Source of the DNA: Mobula hypostoma
Taxonomy: Eukaryota
NCBI RefSeq assembly: GCF_963921235.1
Contig: NC_086101.1
Span: forward strand, 12,340,001-12,400,000
Direction: 5' to 3'
Length of the DNA stretch: 60,000 nucleotides
The translations under genes were made by a program, and so were the position numbers. A model generated the notes under the pieces. That model did no database searches and had not been told where the DNA came from. It worked only from the letters and a program-made list of their open reading frames with translations. Position 1 is the stretch's first letter. Every line of letters starts with the position of its first letter. Shown here one piece after another: positions 1-13,300 of the stretch.

Positions 1-227
1 GCACCCTCTTTTCAGACACCACCATCAGAGAGTCCAGTTCCATCCCCCCAATATCACTGGCCTTAAGAATGAGTTTGTTGATCCTGTCGGTGTCTGCTAC
101 CCTCAGCCTGCTGCCCCAGCACACAACAGCAAACATGCTAGCACTGGCCACCACAGACTCGTAGAACATCCTCAGCATCGTCCGGCAGATGTTAAAGGAC
201 GTCAGTCTCCTCAGGAAATAGAGACGC
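1..227 (-). mobile_element. Rex1/Babar-type LINE 3' fragment (continues beyond window start)
   Basis: Reverse complement matches the Rex1-like copies at 23068-23701 and 52802-53920 ([25 protein letters not shown]...GSRLRVADT region). Confidence 0.75.
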
Positions 228-1004
228 TAATGGCCAAATGCAGGCAGTTTGGACAGCTTGCTGGGTCAAACAGGTGGCATGGGTCTTTGGGCTGAAGGAT
301 CTGCTTCCAAGCACTGTTCAAGTACTGCATATTACAGAGCACAGAATGTGAGAAAATACAAGGGGGATGAGAGGGACAACTGTTTTGTGCAGTTTAATGA
401 TGATCTAAAACTCACTACCCATAGCAGAAGCTGAATTAATCAGGTTCTTCAAAGGGAATTGGATAGATGAGAATAAACTCTATGAGTGCAGAGTAAGAGT
501 GGAACAATTAATGCACTAGGAGATGGCATAGACTCAAATGGGCAAATGGCTTTTCCTGAGCAATAATGATGCTGTGCATTAGCTACCATATAAACGAGTG
601 TCAGGTTTTTCAGTCAATTACTTCACTGCTACTTCCCACTGCCCCGGTGCAAGGTTTGATCAATGGGAAGCCATTCTAACCATTTAGGTGTAACCATCAG
701 TTTTAGATCTCAAGGGCAGAGTAGCAAATGGTGGTGCAGGCTCGAAGGGCCGAATGGCCTACTCCTGCACCTATTTTCTATGTTTCTATGTTTCTAAGTC
801 ATCTGGGTTCACTGCCATTATCTGGTCATTAAGGAAATAGATGCTTGTGGAATAGGGTCAGACTTGGTTTTGCTTGGTGGGATGATTTTTAATAGGACCA
901 ATCCATGGTGGAGTTCAATTGGAGGGTCAAGTTAGACTCACTCTCTCTCCACTTGAAATGAACTCTTACTGTATAACGCAGAGGTCATCGTTAAATACTG
1001 GATG

Positions 1005-1335
1005 GGCAGCACCATGGTGCAGCTATTGGAGATGCTACCACACAGTGCCAAAGATCCCGAACTTGAGGACTGTCTGTGTGGAGTTTGCAAGTTCACCCTG
1101 TGACCACGCAGGTTTCCCATAGATGATCCATTTTCCACTTACATTAAAAAAAACATGGGAATTAGTAAGCTAATTGCAACTGTAAATTGGCCCTAGCGTG
1201 CAAGCAAGAGTAGATCATTGGGGGAGTTGATGGAAATGTGGGTGAAAAATATGATTAATGTAGGTTTAGTACAGATGGGTGGTTGATGGCGCAGGCTTGA
1301 TCGGCCGAGGAGCCTGTTTCTATGCATGACTCTCA
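1005..1335 (+). mobile_element. tRNA-derived V-SINE (HE1-like) with CR1-type tail
   Basis: Central 'gtctgtgtggagtttgca..ttc.ccctgtgacc.cg..ggtttcc' V-domain-like core and a CR1-like 3' tail (ggccgaggagcctgtttctatgc); related copies near 4930-5240(-), 8745-9030(-), 27400-27660(+), 34240-34485(+). Confidence 0.6.
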
Positions 1336-4300
1336 GCAGCTTGAGGTAAAGTATCTTTTTTAAAATGAAACTTGTCTGTTTCTCCATGACTATCTAAATA
1401 CGGCAAAGCATGGTGCTTCTAAATACAAAACCATCCAACCAAAATTTGAGATATTCTAAACAACCCTGTCAAGAAATAGACATGAGCTCAACCGATCGTA
1501 GTTGCAGCTATTTTAATATCAGAACAAAGTCATTTACAATCATGCCTTTATTGCAAAAGTAATATTTCTACAACATTGTAATAAAACAGATTGATTTATG
1601 TTCCCAAAAATTAAAAAGCTGCTATTAAAAAACAGCTAATTTAGTGCACATTAGTATAAGTTTCTGACATAATATTTTCAAAGCTGATTGATTGACTGCA
1701 TTACAAATTTTTGTACTATTGCTATGACATTTGCCCTGAAGCAGCCTCTACACTTCCCATGAGAATGTCAATCAAATGAATTAATGCAAGTTTAAATTAG
1801 TTCAGCTACTAATTCCTGTGCCATTCTTACAAGGAATTACTAATGCATGGATGATTGTCTCCATTCTCCTATCTTAAAACCACAATCAAATCCAATTTAG
1901 TTTTGACTGTTGCAATTGGCAGTTTCAGCCCCATGGTATGCACATGGTTAGATTGTTTAAACACTACCAGACAAAGGTGGAACTTACTGCTTGAATTTTA
2001 ATCGCTTCTTTTTTTGCATATTGTTCAGTAGGTGTTCTGATTTTTGAGTTTTGATGTGCTAGAGCAGTAAATAGAGTGAATGAAAGTTTAGTGCAGTTTT
2101 GATGTGTAAATGAAAGATAGATCATTAAGATAGTTGAGAGAAAATGCAAAAAGCACGAGAGAGGAAGAACTGCATGATACACAGAACAGCTTCCTGCTAT
2201 ATTGTCATAGAGTGCACACATGCAAAAGGTAGCTGAGGAACCAGACTGGCATCTTTCCAATGAGATGTTACACAGAAATCCCATCCACCTTCTTCAGTAA
2301 ATGCAACAGATGGCATGGATGTTATTGCCAGTACCCTGGTCAATATTTGTTCCTCTATCAGTATTACTTGTAATAAATTATTGCTGATTAGCACACTGCT
2401 GTTTGCAGGAGAATGCTGTGCACAGATAGGCAACAATCAATAGAAGGTAGTGTCCACCTTCAACGGATAGCAATGACAACAATATCCAAATCCAGAAAAT
2501 GGATGAATAAAACACTGTAAACATATCATTGGCTTACAAGCACTGAAGAGACACCCAGGATCATGAAAGCTAAGAAACACAAGCCTTTCTTTCACATAAA
2601 TCATCTGGACTCGCAATGAGGTGGCGCTGCATCTACGCTGCCAATGGTTCAATTAAACTACCAAACTCCAGAAATTATCAGTTCCCGATTCCTGACCCAT
2701 CCATTATTCGAGGCAATTTCACTAACTTGTTCACATAAAATCAGAATTAAGGATAAACTGGCCAATCTGCCTGAGCTTCATCAAGGTTGCCCCTCCTTGT
2801 ATAACCTTTTCAACAGATTAAACCTCAAGATTCCACAGTGAAATATTTCTCAAAGTAGGCAAGCCAAGAGTAGTCAGATGAAAAACAGATCACCACCACT
2901 TAAAATGACTACAGGGCAGTCTTGCGGCCACCACAGAACAATTAACATTGTTGATATGTTCCCACAACTAATGATCTTATTTTAAAGACTCTTTATCCTG
3001 TTATTTTGTGCTCTCATTATTTATTGCTATTTATATATATATATATTACATTTCAGGAGTTTGTCTTCTATGCTCTTTGCTCTTTCATTGATCTCCTTTA
3101 CAGTTACTGTTCTATAGATTTGCTGAGTATGCCCACACATGAAAGAATCACAGGGTTGTATGTGCTGACATGTATGTACCCTGATAATAAATTTTACTCT
3201 GAACTTTGAATATGCATTTACAGTCTTATAAATGTTATTTAGTATAGGTAGTGGATTAAGTCTTTTGGTGTACATCAATAAGCAAATAGTATAGTCCAAC
3301 TGTGTTCTCAAATACTTTTAATTTCTTCTCACTGAGGGGTCAACAGTGGAAAAGGTAAACAGTTTGAAGTTCCTGGTGTCAACATCTGAGATATATCCCG
3401 AGCCCACCTTATTGATGCAATTATGAAGAAGGCATGGCAGTGGCTATATTTCATTAGGAGTTTTGAGGGGATTTGGCATGTCACCAAAGACTCTTAGTAA
3501 ATTTCCACAGATGCACATGGAGAGCATTTTGACTGGGTTGCATCGTTGTTTGGTATAGAGGGGCCATTGCACAGGATCATTAAAAAAAAGCTGCAGAGGG
3601 TTGTAAACTCAGCCAGCTCCATCATGGGCAGTAACCGCTCCCTCCGAGGACTTCTTCAAAAGGCATTGCTTCAAAGAAAGGCAGCATCCATTATTGAGGA
3701 ATCCCCCCCCCCCAACACTCAGGAGATTCCCTCCTCTCATTGCTACCATAACGGGGTGGTTCAGGAGTCTGACGAGAGACACTCAGTTCCAGCAGTAGCT
3801 TCCTCTCCGCTATCAGCTTTCTAAGTGGTCAATGAACCCATGGACACCACCTCACTATTTTTTGCTTTCTTCTTGCACTGCTTATTTATTTTTTTACATA
3901 TGTATATGTATAGTATATTTTATGTATTGCCCTGTACTGCTGTCACAAAACAACACATTTTAGAAAATATATCAGTGACAGTAAATCTGATTCTGATGCT
4001 TGGGGTCAGTAATGGATAGGGGTGAAGCTAATGGCAGGTGTTTCACTGAATGGCAACTTCAAGTTAAAATGAAGCAGGATGCAATATGGTAACATCATGA
4101 GATTGAGTTATATCCTCCTTTCTCTCCCCCCACCTTTTTACTCTGGTGTCTTCCCCCTTCCTTTCCAGTCCTGAAGAAGGGTCAACTGTTAGTCATTTCC
4201 ATAGACGGTGCCTGATCTGCTGAGCTCCTCCAGCATTTTGCCTGTGTTGCTCTGGATTTCCAGCACCTGCAGAATCTTTTGTGTTTAAGAACAACAGTGC

Positions 4301-5518
4301 TGCCGTGTCATAGCACTAACACACTATGCAATAACACACAAAGTGTCCTAACACACCCACTGCCAGCAGTGGAAACTGGCTATAATTTGAGTTTTTTTTA
4401 AAAAGAGAAATCTATTAGTAGTTTTTTTTAAGAAAAACGATTGACATTGTGTTAGGAAAGTCATGGGCTGAAGGGCCTGTACTGTTCTAAAAACCATCAA
4501 CCTCAAAAGATAACTCTTGTGTTTCTCTCCCACCTCCTACAGATGCATTTCTGATTTTATTTCAAGATTTTAGTTTGGAACCAAACTGGAATGTGTCAAC
4601 AGCAAAGTTATTCAATTATATGCAATGTCCAAGTTAAACATACCCAGACTGCATGAAGATTTGCTTTGCATACCTCATTTCATGTCCACTTCAGAATACT
4701 CCACAACAGCCAGTAATTAATCACCACCACAACCAAATTCTTCCCTGTCCACCCACCTTTTAATAACCAACAGGGAAACTAATAAGAAATTTTAAGGAAA
4801 GATGTAAGGTAGATCTTAAAAAGATCAATGTTGTTAACTCCAAACCAATATGCATCCAGGAAGAACATGTTTAAGGTAACGCAGGTAAGCTGATCCAATA
4901 TTACTAGAGATTTTAAAAGAGTTAGAGATAAGGATTAAGTTGTCACGTGTACATTGAAACGTGCAGTGAAATTTGTTGTTTGGCATCAACGACCAACAGG
5001 ATTGTGTTGCGGGGAGCCTGCAAGTGTTGCCATACTTCCAGAGGCAACATAGCACGCCCACACCTCAGTAACCTTAATCGGTACATCTTTGGAATATGGG
5101 AGGAAACCAGAGCACCTGGAGGAAACCAACATGGTCACAGAGGGAACAAACAAACCCCTTGAGGCAGTGGTGGGAATTGAAGCCAGCCTGCTGGCACCGT
5201 TAGAGCGTTTTACTAACCGTTATGCTATGGTGCCACCCAAACACTGTTGTTAAAGCATCTATGAACCAATACTCCCTAATTTTGTGACACACTACAGAAC
5301 CGCAGGCAAAGTGCGTGACTGGCCCGCTGGACTCACTTGTCGAACTCCTCTGGAATTGGTAGCTATAGGAGATTCGGTGAGGGCAGTGGTGACGGGGTGG
5401 GGGAGTGGGAAACTACAACATAAAGGCGTAGGGTCAGCAGAGATAAAGAAAACAAAAGCAAGTGTGCGTTACAGAAGCTGGAGGTTGAACTTGTCGCCCT
5501 GAGGAATTTGCGGCTCAC

Positions 5519-6057
5519 TCACAAGTAGAGGTGGTGTAATCTTAGCATCCCCCGGTTGCTCTTGGTCACGTGCAAGCCCGGGTGAAAGAACGGGTAGACT
5601 TTCTCGGTGAAGGTGGCATGGAAAGTGAAGAGATGAGAGAAAATATCTGCATCGTAGAAGGAAACCCTTCCACCTTCATAGTCTAGGTAAACCCCAATCC
5701 GTGTAGGGATGTCCTTCACCTCGATCACTTTACGGTGGACCAAAAAAGCACCAAAATTGTCCTTGTCCCTGTACACAGTCCAGTATCCATACTTAGGAGA
5801 CAGCCGGATATCACCCTTCCGGTTGACAGACCCTCTTGCCACACCCAGACTCCAATCCTTCCCATCTCCCACGTCCACTTGCCAGTAGTGCCTTCCCGAC
5901 GTGAACCCATCAGTAGCCAGGATGAAGGCGGCAACGCTGTATCTCTCTGGGATGTCGGGAACCAACTTGGGCTTTTCGTTGTACCTCACTCTCGTTGGTC
6001 CACAGAGGGAGAGGTGGGAGCTGGCAGTGTCAGGATCAAAAGTCAGATTAGACAGAC
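5519..6057 (-). CDS. TRIM exon 7: PRY-SPRY/B30.2 domain and stop
   Basis: Acceptor ttcatctctgcag|GT CTG (phase 1); [50 protein letters not shown] at 5519-5521. Confidence 0.95.
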
Positions 6058-7272
6058 CTGCAGAGATGAATGAATGCAACATATCAAGAAGTAAACTTCA
6101 TTAGCAAAAGCCGACCTGATGACCACTTTCCAGAAGGCTTCAGTTGCTTTAAATTGCTTGTCACTTAAGTTTCCATATGGTACAGAAGGCAACTTGGGAG
6201 TGTCAGAATTGGAATGGGAACTAGAATTAAAATGGGTGGCCACCAGGAAAACCCACCTTTTTGAGACAGGCAGAGCAAAGATGTCATTCTGACATGTCGG
6301 TCCACGGTCTTCCCCACTGCCATGATGAGGCTATTCTCAGGTTGGAGGAGAAACAATGCATATTCTGTCTGGATAGCCTCAAAGCTGACAGCGTAAACAT
6401 CCTCCCTCTTCTCTCTTTTTCAATTCCCCATTCTGGCTCCTCTCTTACCCCTTCTCCTCATCTGCCATTAGTGCCCCTCCTTAGTTTCCTCTCATGGTCC
6501 GCCCTCCTCTCCTGTCAGATTCTGTCTTCTTCAGTCCATTATCTCTTCAATCACCTCCCAGCTGCTCACATCATTCCCCCTCTCCACCCACCTGGTTACA
6601 CCTAACACTTGCCTGCTTGTACTCCTTCCTGTCCCCTCACCTTCTTGTTCTGGCTTCTTCCCCACCCCTTTCCAGTCCTGAATAAGGGTCCCTGACCGAA
6701 ATGTTGACTCTTTATTCTTCTCCTGGCTTCCTCCAGCATTTTGTGTGTAGCAACTGTACTGTGATTGCTGGATAATTCACTAGACAATTACATGCATGTC
6801 GATGATATTTAAAAAAAAACAAACATAGGAAAGTTAAACTACATGAAAAATAACAATTCCTCAGGGTTCCTACAGGGGTCTATGCCAAGCAATGAAGCAG
6901 TATTGTTCCTCTTCGAATTTTCAGCCATTCACCCTCATTTCCATCGATTCATCCTAAATTCCACTCTTCACCTATGTGAGGGGTATCTCATTGATACCTA
7001 CCTGATACTGAAAGGCTGTGGTGAGGATGCCTCCACCAGGAGGAGAGTCTAGGATTTGGGATGAGACTCTTTATTCCCCTTCATAGATGTAGCCTGACCT
7101 GCTGAGTTCCTGCAGGTGTGTACGTGTGCGCGCATCTGCACTCTGGATTTGCAACACCTGCAGAATCTCGTGTTTATGCTTGGTGGAAGGGATCGATTCT
7201 GGATGTAAAATAAGCCGGACAGCAAATGATCCCTCTCACACAACAATCTCCATCAAGGTTTGGTGAGGATCA

Positions 7273-7303
<31 letters not shown>

Positions 7304-10300
7304 GTGGAACAACGGAAGGCACTGGCAAATAGCTGAGAGACAGGGACGGGCAGATATGACAGAGCAGGTAGGAGAGTGGACAAAAGCTTGGCTCTTAGAC
7401 CGAATGGCTAGCTCCTCTGTGTGAAAGCATCCACCATTTCTGCAAATGGATCCACAGGTTTTGTCCAGATTACGAAAGCCTCTCAGCAACCAGTGAACCA
7501 AAGTTAATATTCTCCTCAAACATGGGGGGGACTAGTGATGAAGAGAAAGATAATATGATCTTCTCCTTGTTCACCTACACCCTTGATGCTTATGTAGGGT
7601 TCTCAGTAATATTAGATAGACTGTTACCTGTTAATTGCCTATTACAAAATGGCTTCTCTGAAGCGTTAAAATAAAATGGTTTCTAATACTGTTAACTGCT
7701 GAGTAAGGAGTTCTCTGTGGGCACATGTTTGGGTTATACTATGTGATAATGGAAATTGTATTCGTTTGCTAGCCAATGGAAGCCATGTTATGCTATCTTG
7801 TACGTGTGTGCTGAGCTGAGGATCATGGACTTTTCGGGAGGAGAGCAGAGAGGATGGACATGCTGGACACGCTCTGGTCAACCACTGTGGTTGGTCCCAG
7901 GCGGTGGGTCGAGGGGGTCGGCGGGGATCGAATGGTGGAACGAAGACCCCGTTCATTGAGCTCCAACGGTTGTGCACGAAGTGGTTGAACTCTGATAAGT
8001 TTGGCGCCTTTTACTTTCCTTTTATATTGTATCTCTATTAATTATAGTTCCAGTAAGATTTATGAAGTGTAATCTGTAAATCGTACATTGTGTGTGAGTT
8101 TGATGTATGAGTCTGTACCAGGTGGTGTTACACAGCAACTACGCAAACGTGAGACACGGTTTACCGGGCAGACGGGGTTTCCCCTGAGATAAGCACGAGT
8201 CGATAGTCCTGAGCATTACATTTATTTCTAAGGACAAATTTCTACCTGAGTGACTCACCTGGGTCTAAGATCTTGAACATGTTTTTCCAAGTCCAGTACT
8301 GCAGAGGACCTAGGTAGTTCTCAGGCTTCACCTTCATGACAACGTGTTCCAAGGGAGGCACCAAAACTTCTGTTCTACATTTGAAAATAAAAAGTTGGAA
8401 CTATTTACTGGCAGTGAAATATTTTGTAGATAGCGTCTGTTGCATAATCACCAGGACTCTGCCAGGGACAGGGATTTTGGTTAGGAGAGGATGTTGGAAA
8501 AGTTATAGTTGGAACGGAGGTGGATTTCAATGCGATAAAAGTCTTTGACAAATGAGAACAGGTGCTTGGGCTGGTCGGTAACCAGAAGTCAGAGATTTGA
8601 AACTTATTGACAATTGACAACTTGTTTGAAACTTATTTTCTACTGACAATTCCTAACTGAAGTGGTGCACAGAACTTCCTCAGAGTGCCAAATAGTTTCC
8701 TTCTGTGCAATCATTTTCTACCATCCTACGGTAAAACAGGTTAAAGATTAGCTTTATTTGATGGATGTCCATTGAAACATCCAGTGAATTGCGTCATTTG
8801 TGTCAACGACCAACACAGTGTGCTGGGGTAGCCCACAAGTGTCACCGCACTTCTGGTGGCAACATGGCAAGCCCACAACTTACTAACCCTAACCTTTGGA
8901 ACGTGGCAGGAAACTGATGCAGTTACGATGTGAGGGTACAAACTCCTTACAGGGTGGCGGGAATTGAACCCTGATCTCCAGATTGGGCGCTGGTGCTATA
9001 AAGCACTGCGCCAACCACTTTGTGGTGCCAAAGGGGAGAGGTTCAATTTCTTCAATATTTTAGTCCTGATTAAGCCCATTTACACACCTTCTGCCTTTAG
9101 AATGTCCCAAAACTCTATTTTTTGAAATCTATGATGGCCAGTTTGTATATATCAGGTGATGGGAGTATACTGTAGATAGGCCTTGAAGAGGAACTGAAGG
9201 CGGCCAGATATGCACTCAAACAGGGCAGGAGCGCTGGACCAGATGGGATACCACCAGATGTCCTGAAAGAACTGCGACCTAGACGACATCTTGCTGGACA
9301 TATGTAATACAGCACTGATGAAAGGCGACAAACCAGAACAGTGGTCACTCTCAAACATTATCCCAGTCCCCAAGTCTGGGTCCCTCACGAAGACAGATAA
9401 CTACCATGGTATCAGCTTGACCTGCATCTTAGCAAAGCTATACAAACGGCTGATCTTGAACAGGATTCGCATCGCCATTGACCCCAAGCTAAGATTCAAT
9501 TAGAATGGTTTTCAGCAGAAGCGCACAACAGTAATGCAAATACTTGCTCTCCGTAGTATCGAGGAAGTCAAGAACAACCACCTACCAGCCATGCTTACTT
9601 ACATCGATTTCCGCAAAGCTTTTGACTCCATTCACCGAGGTAAAATGCTGAAGATCCTGAAAGCTTACGGAGTGCCAGACCATCTACTGAGAGCAATAGA
9701 GTCCAGCTATACCAAAACCATGGCGAAAGTTGTATCACCGGACGGAGAAACAGCAGTGTTCGAGCTCCTAGCTGGTGTGCTGCAAGGAGACACTCTGGCA
9801 CCCTACATCTTTATAATCGTCCTTGATTATGCTCTACATCAAGCTACCAAAGATCATGACAAGCTTGGTTTTACCATAAAACCAGGACGAACCAAAAGAG
9901 TCAGACCAATTACGCTGACAGATCCCGATTTTGCAGATGACATAGTCCTGCTCTCTGACCAGATGGAGGAAGCACAGCAGCTACTGACAAAAAAGGAAAT
10001 TGAGTGCAGTAAAGTTGGACTTCACCTAAACACTAAAAAGACAGAGTACATGGCGTTTAACTGCGACGAAGGTACTCTCAAGACAGTAGAGAATGAAACC
10101 ATTAAGAAAGTCTTTGACTACAAGTACCTCGGGTCAAGAATGATGAGCTAGGAGAAGGACATAAAGATACGGAAGGCGCTGGCGTGGAGGGCTATGAATG
10201 ACATGAAGGAAATCTGGAAGTCGAACCTGACCAGAGGGCTTAAAAAGAGGATTTTCATAGCAGTAATACAGTCTATTCTCACGTACGGATGTGAGACGTG

Positions 10301-13300
10301 GACACTCATCAAGACTATGCGAAAGTCTCTAGATGGTTGCTATACACGAATGGCTCTTGACGTCAATTGGCAACAGCACATGACGAACGTCGAGCTCTAT
10401 AACAACCTACCGATGCTCACCACTAAAATCGAGGCGAGAAGACTGCAACTAGCGAGGCACTGTCTACGCCACCCCGAGCTACCTGCCAGCCTAGTCGTCA
10501 TATGGGAGCCCAAGCACGGGAGGATGAACCCTGGGTGCCCTCCCAAGACTATGGTCAACACGCTCCTGGAAGACAGCGGCGTGCTAATATAGATGAACTG
10601 AACACACTGATGAGGGAGAGGGAGAAGTGGAGAGTCCATCATCGTGCCCGACGCCAGCCCCCTAGGCCTGAGTCGACGTAGTAGTAGTAGTAGTAGTTAG
10701 GCTCGATAGTCAGTGTGGACGAAGTGGGCAGAAGGGCCTATTTTGGTTTTGTATGACGAGTAATCCCACAAACGAGGGGACATAATTTTAAAGTGATTGG
10801 AAGAAAGTATAGGGGAGGTGGCAGAGGTAGTTTTTATTAAAACAGAGGTAGGTGCATGGAGTCTGCTGCCCGGAGTGGTGGTAGAGACAGATAGATTAGG
10901 GGTATTTGTGAAACTCTTAGATAGACACAATGATGATTGAAAAATATCGGGCTATCTGGGTAGGGAAGGGCTAAATTGATCTTAGAGCAGGTAAAAAAGC
11001 TTGACACAACATCGTGGGCCGAAAGGCCTGTACTGTTCTACGTTCCAAATCTTGACTTGTCTCTCTCGTTGCACTGGGTGAGGGAAGTATGGAGGTCTCG
11101 ATTCTAGGAGCTCATCCTGCAATTTTGCCAGATATCTATATCTATATCTATAGGACGTCCTGACGAAGGGTCTCGGCCTGAAACGTCGACTGCACCTCTT
11201 CCTAGAGATGCTGCCTGGCCTGCTGCGTTCACCAGCAACTTTTATGTGTGTTGCTGGTCAGATGTCAGATCTCTCAGTGGGAGAGCATTTTGGAGATAGT
11301 GATCCCAATTCTATTCCTTTTACAATAGCATTGGAGAGGGATAGGAACAGACAAGTTAGGAAAGTCATTAACTGGAGTAAGGGGAAATATGAGACTATCA
11401 GGCAGGAACTTGGAAGCATAAATTGGGAACAGATGTTCTCAGGGAAATATGTGGAAGAAATGTGGCAAACGTTCAGGGGATATTTGTGTGGAGTTCTGCA
11501 TAGGAACTTCCCAATGAGACAGGGAAAGGATGGTAGGGTACAGGAACCGTGGTGTACAAAGGCTGTTGTAAGTCTAGTCAAGAAGAAAAGTAGAGCTTAC
11601 GAAAGGTTCAAAAAACTAGGTAATGATAGAGATCTAGAAGATTATAAAGCAAGCAGGAAGGAGTTTAAGAATGAAATTAGGAGACTCAGAAGGGGCCATG
11701 AGAAGTTCTTGGCGGACAAGATTAAGGAAAACCCCAAGGCATTCTACAAGTATGTGAAGAGCAAGAGGATAAGATGTGAGAGAGAAATAGACCCATCAAG
11801 TGTGACAGTGGAAAAGTGTTTATGGAACTGGAGGAGATAACAGAGGTAGTTAATGAACACTTTGCTTCAGTATTCACTACAGAAAAGGATCCTGGCAATT
11901 GTAGGGATAACTTACAGCAGACTGAAAAGCTTGAGTATGTAGATATTAAGAAAAATGATGTACTGGAACTTTTGGAAAGCATCAAGTTGGATAATCTGCC
12001 GGGACCAGATGAGATGTACCCCAGGCTACTGTGGAGGCGAGGGATGAGATTGCTGAATCTCTGGCGATGATCTTTGCATCATCAATGGGGACGGGAGAGG
12101 TTCTGGAGGATTGGAGGGTTGCGGATGTTGTTCCTTTATTCGAGAAAGGGAGTAGAGATAGCCCAGGAAATGATAGAACAGTAAGTCTTACTTTAGTGGT
12201 TGGTAAGTTGATGGAAAAGATCCTGAGAGGCAGGATTTATGAACATTTGGAGAGGCATATTATGATTAGGAATACTCAGCATGGCTTTGTCAAAGGCAGG
12301 TCGTGCCTTTCAAGCCTGATTGAATTTGAGGATGTGACTAAAGACATGGATGAAGGTAGAGCAGTAGATGTAGTGTATATGGATTTCAGCAAGACATTTT
12401 ACAAGGTACCCCTTGCAAGGCTTGTTGAGAAAGTAGGAGGCAGAAGATCCAAGGGGACATTGCTTTGTGGATCCAGAACTGGCTTGCCCACAGAAGGCAA
12501 AGAGTGGTTGTATACAGGTCATATTCTACATGGAGGTTCCTGACCAGTGGTGTGCCTCAGGGATCTGCTCTTTGTGATTTTTATAAATGACCTGGATGAG
12601 GAAGTGGAGGGACGGGTTAGTAAATTTGCTGATGACCCAAAGGTTGGGGGTGTTGTGGATAGTGTGGAGAACTGTCAGAGGTTACAGCGGGTTATTGATA
12701 GGAAGCAAAACTGGGCTGAGAAGTGGCAGATGGAATTCAATCCATTAAGTATAAAATGGTTCATTTTGGTAGGTCAAATATGATGGCAGAATATAGTATT
12801 AATGGTAAGACTCTTGGCAGTGTGGAGGATCAGAGGGATCTTGGGGTCCGAGTCCGCAGTTCTGGTCGCCTCACTATGGGAAGGATGCGGAAACCATAGA
12901 AAGGGTACAGAGGAGACTTACAAGGATGTTGCCTGGATTAAGGTGCACGCCTTATGAGAATAGGTTGAGTGAACTCGGCTTTTTCTCCTTGGAGCGACAG
13001 AGGATGAGAGGTGACCTGATAGAGGTGTACAAGATGATGACAGGCATTGATTGTGTGGATAGTCAGACACTTTTTTCCAGAGCTAGCATGAGAGGGTACA
13101 GTTTTAAGGTGCTTGGAAGTAGGTACAGAGGAGATGTCAGGGATAAGTTAGTTTGTTTTTTTATTTTACACAGAGAGTGATGAGTGCTGCCAGCTACGGT
13201 GGTGGAGGTGGCTACGATAGGGTCTCCTGGACAGGTACATGGAGCTTAGAAAAATAGAGCCTATGGGTAACCCCATGTAATTTCCAAGGTAAGGACATGT

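Noticed and set aside
7273..7302. Poly-G run as a functional G-quadruplex
   Set aside because: Homopolymer length is unreliable and nothing in the sequence supports function
7757..8220. LTR-like segment ending in TTACA (similar case at about 22340-22723)
   Set aside because: A 5' terminus and TSD could not be fixed, so it was not annotated
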